DNA from: Squalus acanthias
Taxonomy: Eukaryota
Assembly: GCA_030390025.1 (NCBI GenBank)
Contig: JASTWF010000244.1
Coordinates: 496,001 to 560,000, forward strand
Direction of reading: 5' to 3'
DNA: 64,000 nt
Each line of letters opens with the position of its first letter. Position 1 is the stretch's first letter. This document shows positions 62,701-64,000 of this stretch, in pieces. The notes under the pieces were generated by a model that searched no databases, had not been told where the DNA came from, and worked only from the letters and a program-made list of their open reading frames with translations. Both the position numbers and the translations under genes were made by a program.

Positions 62701-64000
62701 ATGTTCTCCCGGCCTCTCCCTCCCATTAAACCTGCATCATGTTCTCACCGGCCCTTCCCTCCCATTAGACCTGGATCATGTTCTTCCCGGCCCCTCCCTC
62801 CCGTTAGACCTGGATCTTGTTCTCTCCGGCCCCTCCCTCCCGTTAGACCTGGATCTTGTTCTCCCCGGCTCCTCCTTCCCATTATATCTGGATCATGTTC
62901 TCCTGGCCCCTCCCTCCCATTAGATTTGGATCATGTTCTCCCCGGCCCCTCCCTCCCATTAGATCTGGATCCTGTTCTCCCTGGCCCCTCCCGTTAGACC
63001 TGGATCATGTTCTCCCTGGCCCCTCCCTCCCGTTAGACCTGGATCATGTTCTCCCCTGCCCCTCCCTCCCATTAGATGGATCTTCTTCTCCCCGGCCCCT
63101 CCCATTAGACCTGCATCATGTTCTCCCCGGCCCCTCCCGTTAGACCTGCATCATGTTCCCCCCGGCCCCTCCCGTTAGATCTGGATCATGTTCTCCCTGG
63201 CCCCTCCCATTAGACCTGGATCATGTTCTCCCCCGCCACTCCCATTAGACCTGGATCATGGTCGCCCGGCCCCTCCCTTCCGTTAGACCAGGATCATGTT
63301 TCCCCCGGCCCCTCCCACTAGATCTGGATCATGTTCTTCCCGGCCCCTCCCTCCGGTTAGACCTGGATCATGTTCTCCCGGCCCCTCCCTCCCGTTAGAT
63401 CTGGATCATGTTCTCCACATCCTCTCCCTCCGGTTAGACATGGATCATGTTCTCCCGGCCCCTCCCTCCCGTTAGTTCTGGATCATGTTCTCCACATCCT
63501 CTCCCTCCGGTTAGACATGGATCTTGTTTTCCCCGGCCCCTCCCTCCCATGAGACCTGGATCATGTTCTCCCCGGCCCCTCCCTCCCTTTAGAACTGGAT
63601 CATGTTCTCCCCGGCCCCTCCCTCCCATTAGACCTGGATAATGTTCTCCCCGGCCTCTACCTCCCGTCAGACCTGGATCATGTTCTCCCCGGCCCCTCCC
63701 TCCCGTTAGACCTGGATCATGTTCTCCCCGGCCCCTCCCTCCCGTTAGATCTGAATCATGTTCTCCCTGGCCCCTCCCTCCCGTTAGACCTGGATCATGT
63801 TCTCCCGGACCCTCCCTCCTGTTACACCTGGATAATGTTATCCCCGGCCTCTCCCATTAGATCTGGATCATGTTCTCCCCGGCCCCTCCCTCCCATTAGA
63901 TCTGGATCATGTTCTCACTGGCCCCTGCCTCCGGTTAGACCTGGATCATGCTCTCCCGGCCTTTCCCTCCCGTTACACCCGGATCATGTTATCCCCGGCC

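Larger units (their letters stand above)
23317..64000. repeat. Satellite DNA array, 39-bp monomer GTTAGA(C/T)CTGGATCATGTTCTCCCCGGCCCCTCCCTCCC with 38-bp and 35-bp variants; >40 kb, roughly 1,050 monomers (estimate), continues past the window end
   Basis: Directly visible head-to-tail repeats in one orientation, with a strong C-rich (+) / G-rich (-) skew. The only interruption is the SINE at 52193-52615. Confidence 0.99.

Noticed and set aside
23229-63641. Hundreds of Pro/Leu-rich ORFs ([39 protein letters not shown] repeats)
   Set aside because: They are translations of a 39-bp (13-codon) satellite. The 38- and 35-bp variants shift frames constantly, and there is no unique coding sequence or splice structure.
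23317-64000. CRISPR-like appearance (conserved TTAGACCTGGATCATGTT core alternating with variable segments)
   Set aside because: The 'spacers' are variants of one C-rich sequence rather than unique sequences. The context is eukaryotic and there are no cas genes.
23317-64000. p53 half-site-like GATCATGTTC (perfect GAACATGTTC in a few variants) and the CCTCCCT recombination-hotspot 7-mer in the monomer
   Set aside because: Only isolated half-sites ~29 bp apart, mostly mismatched. CCTCCCT relates to human PRDM9 alleles and cannot be transferred to this species.

Overview
Vertebrate genomic DNA, very probably from a cartilaginous fish: the CR1 LINE 3' tails and the V-domain SINE match the elasmobranch HER1/HE1 type as recalled, not database-checked. 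The first ~23.3 kb holds the 5' part of a minus-strand Ig-superfamily gene resembling B7-H6/NCR3LG1. It has a promoter with an IRF-type site, a leader exon at 22969-23020, a 14.2-kb intron and an IgV exon at 8478-8804. No downstream exon was found in the window. The introns are packed with nested transposons: several CR1 LINEs, L2 remnants, a tRNA-headed single-ORF LINE, a solo LTR and four related PIF/Harbinger elements (a decayed transposase, a Myb/SANT remnant and two MITEs). From ~23317 to the window end lies a >40-kb C-rich satellite with a 39-bp monomer and 38/35-bp variants. It starts ~300 bp upstream of the gene's ATG. Its full-length monomer carries a canonical G-quadruplex motif on the gene's sense strand, and the array is built from kb-scale higher-order duplications. 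One HE1-type SINE sits in the array, bracketed exactly by a near-identical 1,169-bp direct duplication, the geometry of a giant target-site duplication. The many Pro-rich ORFs in the array are artefacts of the 39-bp (13-codon) period.
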